DNA of 64,000 nt from Azolla caroliniana (Eukaryota > Plantae > Polypodiophyta): positions 6,324,001 to 6,388,000 of the forward strand of contig JBHGNT010000013.1 in assembly GCA_043228905.1 (NCBI GenBank). Direction: 5' to 3'. The number at the start of each line of letters is the position of its first letter. Positions within the stretch are counted from its first letter, which is position 1. A program made the position numbers and the translations under genes. Shown one piece after another: positions 38,843 to 51,600 of the stretch. Under the pieces are notes generated by a model. That model was not told the origin of the DNA, did not search any database, and was given only the letters and a program-made list of their open reading frames with translations.

Positions 38843-41800
38843 TGTTACACTTGCGTGTTCCTCTAGTAGCTTTGATGTGAACCATTTTCCCTATACATGG
38901 GCACTTTTTACTCTAGTGCTGGCTAGAGGTTTTTTCCCCATGTTACCACATACATGAGTCACTCATATGTGGTGGTACTTAGTACTTAGGGATATATATT
39001 TCAGCTCCTATTTTTTTAGGAACATTCATCAATAGAGAGCTATTCCAGCCATTGCCTTCCTTGTGTGAGTGCTTCTTTCTTTGAGCTTCTTGTGTGTTTC
39101 CCACTCTTCCTCACATACCCAACAGTGGTATCAGAGCCAAGTTCTTCATCCTCTCCATCTTCGGTTGTCCGCATCGCGGTGTCGCGGCGCGCGCGCACTT
39201 TTCATTGTGCAAATCAACTTCCGAATATAGAGAAGTGTATTTCAGCACTTGGAGCGCATTTTCAGCAGGTACCCTGCTGTTTTACCCCCATTTCGAAGCC
39301 GTTCGTGTAGTCGAAATTGTCATCCGAGTGATAGTTTGTGAGCTGCATTTTCAGCACTCATTTCCGATTTGTTGACGTAATATTTTACCACTTTCTTGTT
39401 CTTTGGTAAAATGGCAAACAATGGTGATTTGTTTGGCATGCTTCAAGCTGAAGATAAGCTTGATGGGACAAACTATCCAATGTGGTCCTACATGATGAAA
39501 CACGTTCTTGTTGCCAAACAACTATGGAACATAGTGGTAGATGTAGATCGACGCCCCGCCGGTCCTACTACTTCACAGTCTACTATCACAGATACAGGTT
39601 CATCTTCGAGCACAGTGACTTCATCTACTCCACCAACACAAGAGCAACTTAGATGGGATGGAAAAGATGCTCAAGCTCATGCATTGATTGCACTTTCTGT
39701 GAAGCGTCATATAGTTCCACATATTCGGTCATGCTCTACGTCCAAACAAGCATGGGACACTCTTGCTTCGTTGTATATCGTGCGTAACGAAGCACGTGTT
39801 GCATATTTGAGAAAGCAACTTGAGGATGTATATATGGCTGAAAATGAGTCGGTAGATGTGTATGTGACACGCATTAAAGATTTGAAAGAGCAATTGGCAA
39901 ACATTGATGAGATCATTTCGAATACATCACTTGTCTCTACGTTGTTGAAAGGATTACCCGAATCTTTTCAAAGCTTTGCTACTACTATTCGTTTGGTTGC
40001 AAAAGGGAATACGGATATGTACGCATTTGATGAGGTTGTGTCTCTTCTTTTGCAAGAAGAACAATCTAGAGTGAATAGAAGTGGTTTGATAGAGGGAACA
40101 CAAGCACTTGCTATCTCACAAAAAGGAAAAGGCAAGCATGGTTCAGCTTTTGGTTCTTCAAAACCAAAGCCTCAACCTCCCTCTTTCACTTATTCCTCTA
40201 ATGATGGTGATTTGCAAAAGAAGAAAAGATGCAAATATTGTCGAAAGGTTGGCCATACGATTGAAGAATGTAGAAAGCTTGTTAAGCGCAATGAGAAGAA
40301 GAAGGAATCCGGCATGACCATTTCTGAAAATGTTTCAAGTGCAAAGAGTGATGAGGCCAACATGGCTCAAGATTATTGGGCATGTGTTGTTACATATCAT
40401 TATGATGCATCATTGCACTCTAAATGTATGGTTGTAAGTGAGATTGATTCGGATTGGTTCTTTGATAGTGGTGCTTCAAAGCACATTACTTCATGCAAAA
40501 GTTTTTTTGCATCCTTGAAAGATGCACCCAAAGGTGGACATGTGGTGTGTGCAAACAATGCCTCTTATCCTATCATTGGAGTAGGAGAAATTGAACTTTC
40601 GGCTGCAAATGGAGGTGTTGTCATCTTAAAGAATGTATTGTATGTGCCCGGTATCAAGAAGAACTTAATTTCGGTTCCTTTGATTGCCAAAGCCGGACTT
40701 CATGTACATTTTGTTGATGATAAGTGCATGGTTCACGATTATAGCAATGGTGATGTTATCGTGATGTCCGGTACATTATGCAATGGCTTGTACCGTTTAG
40801 ATACATACAAGAGGGCTTCTCTAAATGCCTTGGCTGTACATACTTCTTCCATGGCTGAAATGGAGCTTTGGCATGCTCGTTTTGGTCACTTGAACTTCAA
40901 TAGTTTGCTTCACTTGCAAAAGAAGGATATGGTTATTGGGTTGCCTACATTTGAGTCCATTGAAAAACATGCATGTGAAGGTTGCATTCTTGGAAAAATG
41001 CATCGTGCTTCTTTTCCAAAAGATAGTCATACACACACTACAAGAAAATTACAACTTGTTCATAGTGATGTGTGTGGTCCTGTAAAGACTCCATCTTTTG
41101 GAAAGCATGTATATTTTGTTACCTTCATTGATGATGCTACTCGTCATACATGGGTGTATCCTATGAAAGCAAAGAATGAAGTCTTTTCTTGCTTCAAATC
41201 ATTTTTAGCTATGGCTGAAAATTTTTCCGCAAATAAGCTCTTGACTCTACGCACGGATCGTGGTGGCGAATATATGTCACATGAGTTTAATGCTTTTCTT
41301 TGTGAAAGAGGTATTTTACATCAATGTACGGTGCCATATACACCTCAACAAAATGGTGTTGCAGAACGCAAAAATAGAACACTCTTAGAGATGGCACGAT
41401 GTATGGTTAAAGGAAAGCATCTTCCTAACAAGTTTTGGATGGAAGCGGTTATGTGTGCAAATTATGTGTTGAATCGTTGCCCTACAAAAGCGTTGAGAGT
41501 CATTACTCCATATGAGGCTTGGAATGGACATAAACCTATGGTTAGTCATATGCGTGTGTTCGGTTGTTTGGCATATGCTCTTGTGCCATCACAACAACGT
41601 CACAAACTTGATGACAAGGCAAAGAAATGCATATTTGTTGGTTATAGTGCGGAAAGTAAGGGATATCGTTTGTATCATCCATTGACGGACACAATTATTG
41701 TGAGTCGAGATGTGGTATTTGCTGAAAATTCAGCTTTCCCTTTTCTTGAATGCAAAAAACAACCAAAAGTTAGCTCACAAGATGTGTTTGATACACTCAT

Positions 41801-44010
41801 GCCTTTGTTCCAAAGTGCTGCGCTTGACCATGGACATGTAGACCAGCCAAGTGAGTCTCAAAGGGATAAAAATTTCCAGCAAATAAGTGTTGAAAATGCA
41901 CGAAATGTCCAACCAAATGTGGCTGAAAATGAGCATGAAATTCAGCCCACGCATGATGTACATATTGAAGATGTATTACATAATGAACGTATGGCTATCG
42001 AGAGGTCACAAACTATGCCGAGGTGGCTGAAACAAACTTTGCAAGATAGCAAATTGAGTGCACCTTTACTTGGTAAAACAAGATCAAGCTCTCGCCATGC
42101 ATCAGGTAATTTTGTGGATTATTCTATTGTTGCAATAGCATGTAATGAGGAGCCACTTACTTTTGAAGATGCATGTGATGATCCACATTGGATGAGTGCT
42201 ATGCAATCAGAAATGGATTCCATTCATAAAAATGGTACTTGGGAGTTATGTGAATTGCCAAAAGGAAAGAATGTGATTGGTACTAGGTGGGTTTACAAGA
42301 TTAAACGAAAGCCCGATGGTAGTATTGATCGCTACAAAGCTAGATTGGTTGCCAAAGGATATGCCCAACAATATGGCATTGATTATGAGGAAACTTTTGC
42401 ACCTACTTCACGCATGACTACCATTCGTACCGTGGTTGCATTGGCTGCCCAAAGAGGTTGGAAAATGCATCAATTGGACATAAAAACAGCCTTTTTAAAT
42501 GGTGATTTGCAAGAAGAGGTTTATGTGAAGCAACCTCCTGGATTTGCTACGAAAGAGAAAGAGCATATGGTTTGTCGCTTGCATAAGGCCTTGTATGGTC
42601 TCAAGCAAGCTCCGCGTGCATGGTATGAAAAAATCCATAAGCACTTGATTTCTCTTGGCTTCACATGTAGTCCGATTGAAAGCACACTTTATGTACGCAA
42701 AGATGGGGCTGATCTTCTAGTGCTCGTTCTTTATGTTGATGACATACTCTTGACTGGGTCATGTGATGCAAAACTCGATTTTCTTATGGCTGATTTGCAG
42801 CATACTTTTGAAGTCACTTATCTTGGTCTTTTGAGCTACTATCTTGGCATCCAGTTTGTATCCGTTGAGGGGGGAATGTTTATGCATCAAGGAAAGTATG
42901 TTGAAAAACTACTTCAGCGTTTTGACTTTGAGGATTGCAAGCCGGTTTATACACCTGTGGAGACAGGATTTAGGTTCTCTGTTGAGGATTCTAGTGATGC
43001 GTTTGATACTTCTCTTTATCAACAAGCTGTGGGATGTCTTATATATGCATGCAATACAAGGCCGGATATACAGTATGCAGTCTCCCAATTGAGTCGATTC
43101 ATGCATAGCCCTGGCACTAAGCATTGGCAAGCAGTGAAACGTGTGTTCAGATATCTTAGAGGCACTTTGAGCTTGGGTCTCTTTTATGGCAGAGATACTC
43201 AGCCATGCTTGCATGCTTTTACAGATAGTGATTGGGCTGGTTGTTATGATACTCGCGTGTCCACTAGTGGTAATTGCTTTTTCTTTGGAAACTCATGTAT
43301 ATCTTGGTTGAGTAAAAAGCAACCTACAGTGGCGACATCAAGTTGTGAAGCTGAGTACAGGGCAGTTTTCACAGCTACAGTGGAGTGTATATGGCTAAGA
43401 CGCCTTTTGATGGATCTTTGCATGGAGATTGAAGTTGCTACACGTATTCTCACAGATAGTCAGAGTGCATTGGCTGTTGCACGAAATCCTGTATTTCATG
43501 CACGGACCAAACACATTGAGGTGCATTATCACTATGTGAGAGAGCGCTTTCATGCAGGAGATATTGATTTGGTATATGTGCCTACACAAGATAACGTGGC
43601 AGACATATTCACCAAAGCTCTTCCACGAGAAAAGTTTGAAGCTTTTCGCAAAGCTTTAGGCTTATTGCCTTGTGGGGGCTGATCTGTCACTCCTTGTACA
43701 TGTTCACATCATTCGCTCCAGGGGGGTTTGTTACACTTGCGTGTTCCTCTAGTAGCTTTGATGTGAACCATTTTCCCTATACATGGGCACTTTTTACTCT
43801 AGTGCTGGCTAGAGGTTTTTTCCCCATGTTACCACATACATGAGTCACTCATACGTGGTGGTACTTAGTACTTAGGGATATATATTTCAGCTCCTATTTT
43901 TTTAGGAACATTCATCAATAGAGAGCTATTCCAGCCATTGCCTTCCTTGTGTGAGTGCTTCTTTCTTTGAGCTTCTTGTGTGTTTCCCACTCTTCCTCAC
44001 ATACCCAACA
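38843..44010 (+). mobile_element. Copia element C, intact, very young; 282-bp LTRs 38843-39124 and 43729-44010; TSD GACAT
   Basis: The LTRs differ at one position by eye; PBS TGGTATCAGAGCC at 39126; G-rich PPT before 43729; perfect TSD. Confidence 0.97.
39411..43682 (+). CDS. Intact Copia Gag-Pol polyprotein (gag, CCHC knuckle, protease, integrase, RT, RNase H), 1423 aa
   Basis: Single open frame from ATG 39411: KLDGTNYPMW, CKYCRKVGHTIEEC, WFFDSGASKH, LVHSDVCGP, RTDRGGEY, VLYVDDIL, FTDSDWAG, ARTKHIEVHYHYVRE. Confidence 0.95.
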   Translation: MANNGDLFGMLQAEDKLDGTNYPMWSYMMKHVLVAKQLWNIVVDVDRRPAGPTTSQSTITDTGSSSSTVTSSTPPTQEQLRWDGKDAQAHALIALSVKRHIVPHIRSCSTSKQAWDTLASLYIVRNEARVAYLRKQLEDVYMAENESVDVYVTRIKDLKEQLANIDEIISNTSLVSTLLKGLPESFQSFATTIRLVAKGNTDMYAFDEVVSLLLQEEQSRVNRSGLIEGTQALAISQKGKGKHGSAFGSSKPKPQPPSFTYSSNDGDLQKKKRCKYCRKVGHTIEECRKLVKRNEKKKESGMTISENVSSAKSDEANMAQDYWACVVTYHYDASLHSKCMVVSEIDSDWFFDSGASKHITSCKSFFASLKDAPKGGHVVCANNASYPIIGVGEIELSAANGGVVILKNVLYVPGIKKNLISVPLIAKAGLHVHFVDDKCMVHDYSNGDVIVMSGTLCNGLYRLDTYKRASLNALAVHTSSMAEMELWHARFGHLNFNSLLHLQKKDMVIGLPTFESIEKHACEGCILGKMHRASFPKDSHTHTTRKLQLVHSDVCGPVKTPSFGKHVYFVTFIDDATRHTWVYPMKAKNEVFSCFKSFLAMAENFSANKLLTLRTDRGGEYMSHEFNAFLCERGILHQCTVPYTPQQNGVAERKNRTLLEMARCMVKGKHLPNKFWMEAVMCANYVLNRCPTKALRVITPYEAWNGHKPMVSHMRVFGCLAYALVPSQQRHKLDDKAKKCIFVGYSAESKGYRLYHPLTDTIIVSRDVVFAENSAFPFLECKKQPKVSSQDVFDTLMPLFQSAALDHGHVDQPSESQRDKNFQQISVENARNVQPNVAENEHEIQPTHDVHIEDVLHNERMAIERSQTMPRWLKQTLQDSKLSAPLLGKTRSSSRHASGNFVDYSIVAIACNEEPLTFEDACDDPHWMSAMQSEMDSIHKNGTWELCELPKGKNVIGTRWVYKIKRKPDGSIDRYKARLVAKGYAQQYGIDYEETFAPTSRMTTIRTVVALAAQRGWKMHQLDIKTAFLNGDLQEEVYVKQPPGFATKEKEHMVCRLHKALYGLKQAPRAWYEKIHKHLISLGFTCSPIESTLYVRKDGADLLVLVLYVDDILLTGSCDAKLDFLMADLQHTFEVTYLGLLSYYLGIQFVSVEGGMFMHQGKYVEKLLQRFDFEDCKPVYTPVETGFRFSVEDSSDAFDTSLYQQAVGCLIYACNTRPDIQYAVSQLSRFMHSPGTKHWQAVKRVFRYLRGTLSLGLFYGRDTQPCLHAFTDSDWAGCYDTRVSTSGNCFFFGNSCISWLSKKQPTVATSSCEAEYRAVFTATVECIWLRRLLMDLCMEIEVATRILTDSQSALAVARNPVFHARTKHIEVHYHYVRERFHAGDIDLVYVPTQDNVADIFTKALPREKFEAFRKALGLLPCGG

Positions 44011-44653
44011 GACATAGCTCCAGTAACCATGCCCAAGCAGGTACTGGTGCATCTTGTATGACCAAGATGCATAGTTGGATCTGTCGAGATTCTCCACCGA
44101 AAGCGAGCTAGCCATTCCTCTATGCATTGTTTTTTTTTTTCTTCTATTCTTTACGAAGGTTAGGTTTTCTTCTTGCGAAAGCAAATGTCGGCTGCAGAGG
44201 TTCGCAACCCTCACGCTCTGATACCATGTAAAAACAAATAGCGCTTGGAAGCAATCAAAAACCGAAAACATAGAACAGGTTTAATGGAGAGCTTAACAGT
44301 ACGCGGGAGAGACAGAGAGAGAGAACAAGAATCTCTATTCAAAAAATTATATCAACGCTCTGTACATCATATGTGTTCAGCAAACACTTTTATACAGGTC
44401 CATACGGACTGACAGAAATACAGTGTACTTCAATGCTCACTCGAGCATCGGACACTAACTACGAGAGTAATAACTCCATAGTAGTCTAGCTGCTACTAGG
44501 CTTCCGGTTACTGATGGATCCGGCTAACCGGCTCCCGAGCTCACCGGCTCTTTTACTCGCCGGGTGCTCACCGGCTCACCGATCTGTCTCGCTCACCGGC
44601 TCAGGCTTATCAAGCCGATCCGGCTCCAATTGGGCTTGCCGCTCAACACTTTG

Positions 44654-47600
44654 GAAGAAGGGGGAGCTTCCATTCTGGTTCGAGTTGACAAACTCGATCG
44701 AATGCGGTTATTGCAGAAAAATCGGCCACCATGAAGAAGAGTGCCGAAAGAAGAAGTGCGAGTCAGCTTCCACAAGCCGACAACTCACCAATTACGCCAC
44801 CAACTCCGACTATGAAGATCATGGCGGAATGTTTGTAATGAGACATAGAGCAAATCCTATGTCGGCCTCTACTTCGACTAATGCCTCCAATCCGGAAGAT
44901 GTATGGTTCGTCGACTCTGGTGCTTTGAACCATATGATGTCCCATCAAGAATGGTTCAAAAACCTTCGAGAGCCGGATCGACCCAGTTATGTCGAGACTG
45001 GAGACGACACCACTCATCCGATTCGGCATGTCGGCAATGTCCCATTCGGGAAAGAAGATGAACAAACTTGCATAAAAAATGTCTTACATGTACCCACCAT
45101 AACGAAGAATTTGGTCTCAGTCGGCCAAATTGTGGAGCAAGGGATGCAAGTTCGATTCAACCAAGGAGGTTGCTTCATCGAGAAGGAAGGCCGACTAATT
45201 GCTCGTGGTCGAAGGGAAGGCCGAATGTTTATCCTCGAAGAGAACGAGGTAAAATCGGCCATGTTTGCAAAGGGCCTCAAACACAACACCGACATAGAGC
45301 TATGGCATAAAAGAATCGGCCATATCAATCTCAACAAACTCAAGGCGATGCAATCGAAAGGAGTCGTCATTGGGCTCTCGACCTTCAAAGAGAAAGAGAT
45401 TGAAGGAGTATGTGAAGCATGCCAATTCGGCAAGCAACATCAACACCCGTTCCCGAAGGAGAGGAACGTGAGCAAAGGCCTATTGGACATAGTCCACTCG
45501 GATGTGTGGGAACCGGCACAGACGGCTACGTTCGGAGGATGTCGGTACTATGTTACCTTCATCGATGACTTCTCTAGATACACATGGATCTTTCCCATGA
45601 GGATGAAGAGCGAAGTGTTTACACACTTCCAAAAATTCAAAAGCAAAGTCGAAAAAACAACTGGGCGTCATGTACGATGTCTTCGGTCAGACAGAGGAAA
45701 GGAATATTTCTCCGATGCGTTCATGGAATACCTTTGACAAGAAGGAATTCGGCGAGAATTCACTTGCCGACACACACCACAACAGAACAGTGTAGCCGAA
45801 CGCAAGAATCGGCACATCCTCGAAGTAGCAAGGGCCATGCTAAATGAGAAGCATATGCCCAAGTCATATTGGGCAGAAGCTGCAAATACCGCCGTCTACC
45901 TCATGAACCGGTGCATAACATCCAGAGTGCATGAGGTCACCCCGCACAAGAAATACTATGGGAAGAAGCTAGATCTATCCCATGTAAGGATATTCGGCTC
46001 CATTGCATACGTGCATATTCCCGATGAGAAGCGGCATAAGCTTGACCCAAAATCAGAGAAGTGCATCCTTGTGGGGTACTCATAGGAGCAAAAGGGGTAC
46101 AAGTGTTTCAACCCCTCTACTCGGAAGACTCGTGTAAGTCAGGATGTCGTCTTTGACGAATCGACATCATGGTACAAACCTGAGCTGACTCCTCCCGAAC
46201 CATCTACGAACGACCTCGACAACACAGAAGACGATGATCAACTAAGGTCAATACTCGAAGAGAGTCCGATCTCAAATAGATTGAGCGGACCACAAGAGCC
46301 TCCAAGCAACCAAAGCTCATCTCGGCCAAGTCCAAAGATGGACAAAGGGAAGGCCAAAATGCTAGAATATGAGGATGATCACTTCGATGGCAACGAATCG
46401 ACTCATTCACTCGATAGTGAGTTCGATGGCTTTGATGTGCCTCTTATGAGTTCACCCGGAGTTGAGAAAGCACTCTCATCGGCAAATGAGAAACTCTGTC
46501 ACTCCACCCAAGAGAAGAATCCAGTTAGCTGATTCGGCTACAACGACTATATGGCATACCACTATGCCTTTATGATGAAGGTGGCAGTAGTTCAAGAACT
46601 GGAGAGCTTTGCCGAAGCCGCTAAAGATCCTCGATGGGTCAAAGCGATGAATGAGGAGATGCAAGCACTCAGAAAGAATGAGACATGGGATCTCGTCCCC
46701 CACTCACCGCACTAGAAGGCAATCGGCTGCAGATGGATATACAAAGTGAAGTATAATGCCGACGGTTCCGTCAAATGCTACAAAGCTCGACTCGTAGCAA
46801 AGCACTACGCACAAACACAGGGCGTCGACTATGAAGAGACCTTTGCCTCGGTGGCAAAGATGACAACTGTGCGAACCGTGATAGCGCTTGCAGCAGCGAA
46901 AGGGTGGCACCTCCACCAGATGAATGTCAAGAATGCTTTTTTGCAAGGTGAATTAGAAGAGGAGGTGTACATGGTACAACCACCCGGCTTCGAATCCAAC
47001 ATTCATCCGAAAGACATCTGCCGACTCAAGAAGCCTCTCTACGGCCTTAAGCAAGCACCACGTGCTTGACACTCAAAGATAACACAATATCTTCATCGAA
47101 TCGGCTTCCGAATGTCAAAATCCGACAATTCTCTCTATGTAAGAAGTGATTCCAAAAGTCCGATCGTCATCATCCTATACGTGGATGATCTGGTCATTGG
47201 AGGCGAGCATCTAATCGACATCAACAAGGTCAAATCCCTCCTTTCCAACAAATTCGAGATGACGGACATGAAAGAGCTCCACTACTTCCTTGGCATCAAG
47301 GTAATTCGGACTCCAGCCGGGATTATGATCTCCCAACGACACTACATTCTCAACTTGTTATACAAGTTTGGGATGACTGAGTGCAAGTCTGTGGCAACAC
47401 CTCTCGACCGAAACCTCAAACTAGATGCCAATTCTGGCACCACAAAGTGTGAGCCAACTCAATATTGACAACTGATCAGTAGTCTTATCTACCTCACGAT
47501 CACTCGACCAGACCTGAGCTATCCAGTCGGCCTTCTTAGCTAGTTCATGCAAACGCCACAAGATATCCATTTGGATTGTGCTAAGAGAGTGCTACGATAC

Positions 47601-48200
47601 GTGAGTGGAACGATGGACTATGGCATTCTCTATAAGTCGGCCACAACAATTCAACTCGAGGGGTACACAAATGCCGACTGGGCAAACTACAAAGCCGACC
47701 GACGATCAACCTCTGGTTTTGTCTTCTCCCTTGGAAGTGGAGCCATCTCCTGGAGTAGCAAGAAGCAACCAACCGTCGCTCTTTCGAGCACAGAGGCCGA
47801 ATACAGGGGCGCGGCGGTGGCTGCATGTGAAGCTGTATGGCTCAAGAGGATATTAAAGGATCTGGGCGTTCCCATCAAAGATCGGATTCTCCTTTACTAC
47901 GACAACATGAGTAGTATTTATCTGGCTCGGAACCCGGTGTTCCACGCACGCACGAAGCATATCGAAGTGCACTACTACTTCATTCAAGAGCGTGTTCAAG
48001 CTGGCGATGTCGACCTTCAACATATGTCTACGAATCTTCAGATAGCCGACATCTTCACCAAAGCCCTAGGAGCCGACAAGCTTCGGCAATTCCTGTCAGA
48101 CCTTGGGTTGACGGTCCTTGACTTACCAAGCTTGAGGGGGAGTGCGAGCCGGATGTACCGGATACAAGCCAAAGTGGACATCAACCAAAGTAGTCGACCA
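44654..48200 (+). pseudogene. Zinc knuckle-protease-integrase-RT-RNase H of element A, multiple stops
   Basis: CGYCRKIGHHEEEC, WFVDSGALNHM, VHSDVW, ILYVDDLV, SWSSKKQPTVALSSTEAEY. Confidence 0.9.
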
Positions 48201-48689
48201 AAATTGAACTTGAGGGGGCGTGTTGAGAATCAAGCTCAACCTAGTCTAGTGTGTGAACACACCCTTGAGAGTATACACTCAAAGGTCAAAAGTCACCACT
48301 CTTATCCACAAATTAACTATGTGTCATAGAATCATATTCTATGACACATAACTAATGAGCTTTCACATTCCCCATGACCCATGAGCTTCGGTAGTTAATG
48401 AAGAGAGAGAGTGACTATATAAAGCACTCTCCTCCTACTTTGTAACAAGTCTGGTTAATCTCCATTGTAATATACATTGTCTTGAGTATTCTATTTTTGT
48501 TTAAATCTATCTATCTTGTGTTTCTCTCTCTCTCTCTCTCTCTCTCTCATACATACACACACACACTCACAACACATATCTCTAGTCAATTCCACTGTCA
48601 AGAATCACCACCAATTCTTAACATCTACCATAGGTCATGATGCTAGATGAAAAGATCATTGTAACAAAAGGTGATGGTAATGAAATCAA

Positions 48690-51600
48690 TGTAGTGATCG
48701 GACTGAAGATCTATGAGAAAGATAGACTAAAAATGCACAACGTGGAAATAGAAAACAACAGAGATGCGCAATACACAACATTTTACGTGGAAACCCTAAA
48801 ATGGGGAAAAACCATGGGGCAACAGGTTTTCAATATATATAGAGAATACAAGAGAGAGAATATATTACAATGACTCCCCAGAACAGAGTATTCCTAGTTA
48901 GGGTTCTTGGCAAGTTCCACTTAATTGTGCCACCACACATGCTCTCTCACGTCTCTCTCTACACACTATAACACACACTTGTACTCACAACTACAGAAGC
49001 TTTATACACCAATTACTACAATAAGTTTGCTCTAACTATTCCTATTTATAGGAGGGAGTAAGTTATTGTTATTATTATTATATTATTATAATAATAATAG
49101 TCGTTAATTGGTTGACTGATCGATTCAACTGTCTGACCCACAAGTCGACAAACAGTCTTGTCGATTCAACTAGCTGACTCCTATATCAACTATCTGGTCG
49201 TCCTAACTACATAGTTGGCCCGACTAGCAGACCTTGTCGATGACCATCAGGTCGGACCATTTCGACTGCCGATTCTTCCAATCAATAGTCGACTTCTCCC
49301 ATCAGGAGGGACAAAATCCTCACAAATTCCCCCTTCACTCCTGTAGGGAGAGTCGGCCAATCCTATCTTCTGTTGACAGAGTTTGAATCTGTCCATAGGT
49401 ATGTTTTTCGTGAGCATGTTGGATCCATTATCATTAGTATGGATCTTCACAAGGGTAAACTCTCCCTCATCCACATTCTCTCGTAACTAGTGATACCTTC
49501 TCTATATGTGCTTGGTCCGAGAGTGATATGCAACATTCTTGGCTAGATGTATGGCGCTCTAACTATCGCAATGGAGCAATAATTCTCCTTGCTTCATTCC
49601 TAGTTCACTGGAAAGTTATTCATCCATATCATCTCCTTTATGGCTTCCACCACAACCATGTATTCTCCCTCTATGGTCAACAAAGCCATAGCCTTTTGCA
49701 ATCTTGACTGCCCTGACACTACTACCCCTCCATAGGTCATCACATAACCTGATGTGGATTGGCTTGAGTCTATGTCCCCCGACATTTCTGAATCGGTGAA
49801 ACCTTCGAGCATAGGTTTTCCAAAACCATACCTAAGGCATGCCCTTGAGGTGCCTTTCAAGTACATGAGATCCACTTTTCTGCTACCTAGTGTTCTCAAC
49901 CCGGATTACTCATATATCGGCTCACCGTTTCAACTACAAATGCTATGTCTCGTCTCGTACAGACCATAGCACACATTAAACTACCGACGACAGAGGCATA
50001 TGGTACTTTTCTCATCTCGGCCTTGTCCATCTCCCCCTTTGGACATTTCCTAGCATTTAACTTGCAATTCGTCGGCAATGCAGACCCGACTGGTTTTGCT
50101 TCTGACATGTCAAATCTTTCCAAGAACTTTGTCACATACTTCTCTTGTGACAACCAAAGCACATTCTTAGTTCTGACTCAAACTATGTGCATTCCCAAGA
50201 TTTGTTTGGCCGGTCCAAGATCTTTCATGGCAAACGACTTGCCTAGCGCTTTCTTCAAGCTTGTTATCTTCTTGGTGTCTTGTCCGACCACTAACATGTT
50301 GTCAACATATAGCAAGAGAATCAAGAAATCTCCATCATCATACCTTTTGACAAGCACACAATGATCAGCTTGTGTTGTATGGAACCCATGTTCCAATATG
50401 AAGGATTAAAACTTCTTGTACCATTGGCGTGGAGCTTGTTATAGACCATACAAGCTTTTCCTTAGTCGACATACCGGATTCTCTTTTGCTTTCTCCACAA
50501 AGCCTTCGGGCTGATGCAGATAGATCTATTCGTCTAATCCCCCATGGAAGAATGTTGTTTTTACATCCAACTGTTCAATCTCTAGATCCATGCTGGCAGC
50601 TATGCTCAAAACAGTTCTAATGGATGTCATCTTTACGACCGGTGCGAAGATCTCACCGAAATCGACCCCTTTCTTCTGTTGAAACCACTTTACTATGATT
50701 TGGGCCTTGTATCTAAGTGAGCTACTGTCTTCCCCATTTTTCAGCTTGAAGACCCATTTGTTTCTCAGGGCTCCCTTACCTTCCGGTAGTTCCACCAAGT
50801 CATAAGTGTAGTTCTCATGCAAGGAATCCATTTCATCTTGCATTGCACTTTGCCATTTCTCCTTGTGCTCGTCTTCCATGGCCTCCTCATAACATTCTGG
50901 CTCATCCACATCAGTCAATAAAACATATTGACTAGCGTATCTTGAGGGTGCTCTCCTTTGCTTGAGTGGATATCTTCCACCTCCCATTGTCAGCTCATGT
51001 TCGGATGTGTCTACCAACTCTACATTCGGCTCGGGTTCCCTCCTCGTAGCTTTCTGGCTCATCCGCATCAGTCAATAAAACATATTGAGTAGTGTATCAT
51101 GAGGGTTCTCTCCTTTTCCTAAGTGGATATCTTCCACCTCCCATTGTCGGCTCATGTTCGGATGTGTCTACCAACTCTACATTTGGCTCGGGTTCATGCA
51201 TGTTGGTCAGTTGTTGAAGATTTATTAAATCCGACTCATATGCCTCAATCGATCTCTGAAGGTTGGTCAACTCTAACTCATATGTATTAGTTGGTCTCTT
51301 CGAGTTGACTATCTTGGATTTGGTCGTTCAGACTGGCTGTCTCCTCTCAATCGTTAGTGTATGGTCGACTAGTCTTGAGTCGATAGTAGTGGGAATCGAC
51401 TGGGAAGCCAGTTTCGATTTCTGTTGTTTCCAATCCTCGATTGTATTGTCTTCCAAGAACACAATGTCCCAACTCCTCACCACCTTCTTGTCAAGTAAGC
51501 TCCACAACCTGTAGCTGAATTCATCCTTCGAGTAGCCCAAGAATATGCATGGTTTCGACTTGTTGTCTAGCTTTGACCTCTAATCCTTAACTACATGCAT

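Larger units (their letters stand above)
33664..44648 (-). mobile_element. Copia element B nested in the gag of A; LTRs 33664-34086 and 44227-44648; TSD CTTCG/CTTTG
   Basis: TGTAAAA..GCTCAACA LTR pair, PBS-Met 44215-44226, PPT 34087-34098; the gag of A resumes at 44654. Confidence 0.93.
27215..48623 (+). mobile_element. Copia element A, full-length degenerate host (LTRs 27215-27615 and 48221-48623, TSD TCTAC), containing D, B and C
   Basis: Matching ~400-bp LTRs (~14 substitutions by eye), PBS TGGTATCAAAGC at 27616, PPT TGAGGGGGCG before 48221, and identical 5-bp flanks TCTAC. Confidence 0.95.
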
